A program made the translations under genes and the position numbers. From positions 22,582 through 86,581 of the forward strand of contig JBDHIQ010000003.1 of the NCBI GenBank assembly GCA_039587395.1: a DNA stretch of 64,000 bases, read 5' to 3'. The DNA is from Gemmatimonadota bacterium. Lineage in GTDB: Bacteria; Gemmatimonadota; Gemmatimonadetes; Palauibacterales; Palauibacteraceae. The notes under the pieces were generated by a model. That model was not told the DNA's origin, searched no databases, and saw only the letters and a list, made by a program, of their open reading frames with translations. Positions 63,175-64,000 of the stretch are shown here, one piece after another (position 1 is the first letter of the stretch; every line of letters begins with the position of its first letter).

Positions 63175-63969
63175 ATGGGGCGGATGCCCGGCGGCCGCAT
63201 GGGGGGTGGGATCGGCGGCCTCATTCTGATCCTGCTCATCGGGTACTGCATGGGGGCGGATCCCTCGATGCTCCTGCAGATGGCCAGCGAATCCGGCGCC
63301 GGTCCGGCGACACAGATCGGAACGCCGGAGAGGACGCCGGGCGGGTCCACCGAGATCCCCGAGGACGACGTCCACGCCAACTTCATCTCCGCGATCCTGG
63401 CCAGCACCGAGGACGTGTGGGGCGCGATGTTCGCGCAGGCGGGAAGCCGCTACGAAGCGCCCACGCTGGTGCTGTTCGACAGCTCCGTGAGCTCTGCCTG
63501 CGGCATGAACACCGCGGCTACGGGACCGTTTTACTGCCCGGCTGACCGGCAGGTTTACATGGACTTGAGCTTCTTCCGTGAGCTGGCCCGCTTGGGAGGC
63601 CCCGGGGACTTCGCCCAGGCGTACGTGGTCGGACACGAGGTCGGTCACCATCTCCAGAATCTCATGGGCACGTCCAGCGAGGTGCATGCCGCTCAGCGCG
63701 GACTCGGGCGAGCCGAGGCGAACCAGCTCTCGGTCATGCTGGAGCTGCAGGCGGATTGTTACGCCGGCGTGTGGGCGCACTACCTCAACCGGGCACAGGG
63801 TCCAAGCGGGGTGCGGCTGGATCCGGGAGACGTGGAGGAAGGTCTGGCGGCGGCAGCGGCGATCGGCGACGACCGGCTGATGAGCCGCGCCGGGCGTGCC
63901 GCCACGCCCGATGCGTTCACGCACGGATCGTCCGATCAGAGGGCCTACTGGCTCAAGCGAGGCATATAG
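63175..63969 (+). CDS. YpfJ-family (COG2321) neutral zinc metallopeptidase; N-terminus disrupted by an apparent frameshift
   Basis: HEVGHH zinc motif and a TM helix after a Gly-rich stretch. The canonical N-terminus M.QWK.ARRSKN|VEDRRG is split between frame 0 (ATG at 63108) and frame 1 at about 63144. Confidence 0.75.
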   Translation: MGRMPGGRMGGGIGGLILILLIGYCMGADPSMLLQMASESGAGPATQIGTPERTPGGSTEIPEDDVHANFISAILASTEDVWGAMFAQAGSRYEAPTLVLFDSSVSSACGMNTAATGPFYCPADRQVYMDLSFFRELARLGGPGDFAQAYVVGHEVGHHLQNLMGTSSEVHAAQRGLGRAEANQLSVMLELQADCYAGVWAHYLNRAQGPSGVRLDPGDVEEGLAAAAAIGDDRLMSRAGRAATPDAFTHGSSDQRAYWLKRGI

Positions 63970-64000
63970 AACGGGTCCGTGGAGGCTTGCGACACGTTCT

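Noticed and set aside
1-64000. CRISPR arrays, IS elements or transposases, integrases and phage genes
   Set aside because: No regularly spaced direct repeats, no terminal inverted repeats flanking a transposase-like ORF, and no recombinase-like proteins were seen. VapBC is the only mobile-associated module.

Overview
This is a densely coding, high-GC (roughly two-thirds G+C by eye) bacterial chromosomal segment. I found no rRNA, tRNA, CRISPR array, transposase or integrase. Long R/P/G-rich shadow ORFs occur on the non-coding strand throughout, as expected at this GC content.

The left 24.5 kb (1-24486) is an uninterrupted minus-strand block. It has three parts:
(a) A ferredoxin-reducing module: a single-chain pyruvate:ferredoxin oxidoreductase with an unusual long C-terminal extension (it runs off the window edge and is therefore absent from the ORF track), an orphan RnfB-like Fe-S protein, a conserved hypothetical protein, and a two-subunit KorAB 2-oxoacid:ferredoxin oxidoreductase.
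(b) A CRTAC1/ASPIC-UnbV-TPR surface protein, a beta-propeller lipoprotein, and a membrane-anchored multiheme cytochrome.
(c) An 8-kb translationally coupled operon whose gene content mirrors the Thauera-type anaerobic benzoyl-CoA pathway. It encodes a TetR regulator, an Oah/BamA-like long crotonase, a Dch-like crotonase, BcrC- and BcrB-like dehydratase-family subunits, two distinct short HgdC-sized ATPases, a small ORF, and a Had-like Zn-dependent dehydrogenase. Two tandem Rrf2 (BadM-like) regulators sit divergently upstream.
Part (c) together with its electron-donor module is the most interesting candidate system. The reductase is not a canonical class I benzoyl-CoA reductase, because neither ATPase subunit is extended.

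The remainder of the window encodes:
- an enolase-superfamily MenC/NSAR protein plus a GNAT acetyltransferase, an S9 peptidase, a DUF2892 protein and an SDR oxidoreductase;
- a PadR regulator with clear palindromic operators, a VapBC toxin-antitoxin pair, a COG1067 Lon-like protease with a degenerate Walker A, and a universal stress protein;
- a glycogen cluster (glgP, glgB with a basic insertion, glgA, two GH57 genes);
- a LeuB-family dehydrogenase, a DUF2461 protein, an ABC exporter with a PspB-like partner, and an NDT-like protein;
- secreted hydrolases (Gfo/Idh/MocA, M1, PhoD, S9) and a YpfJ-type metallopeptidase whose N-terminus has an apparent frameshift.

Coordinates I derived by hand may be off by one or two nucleotides.
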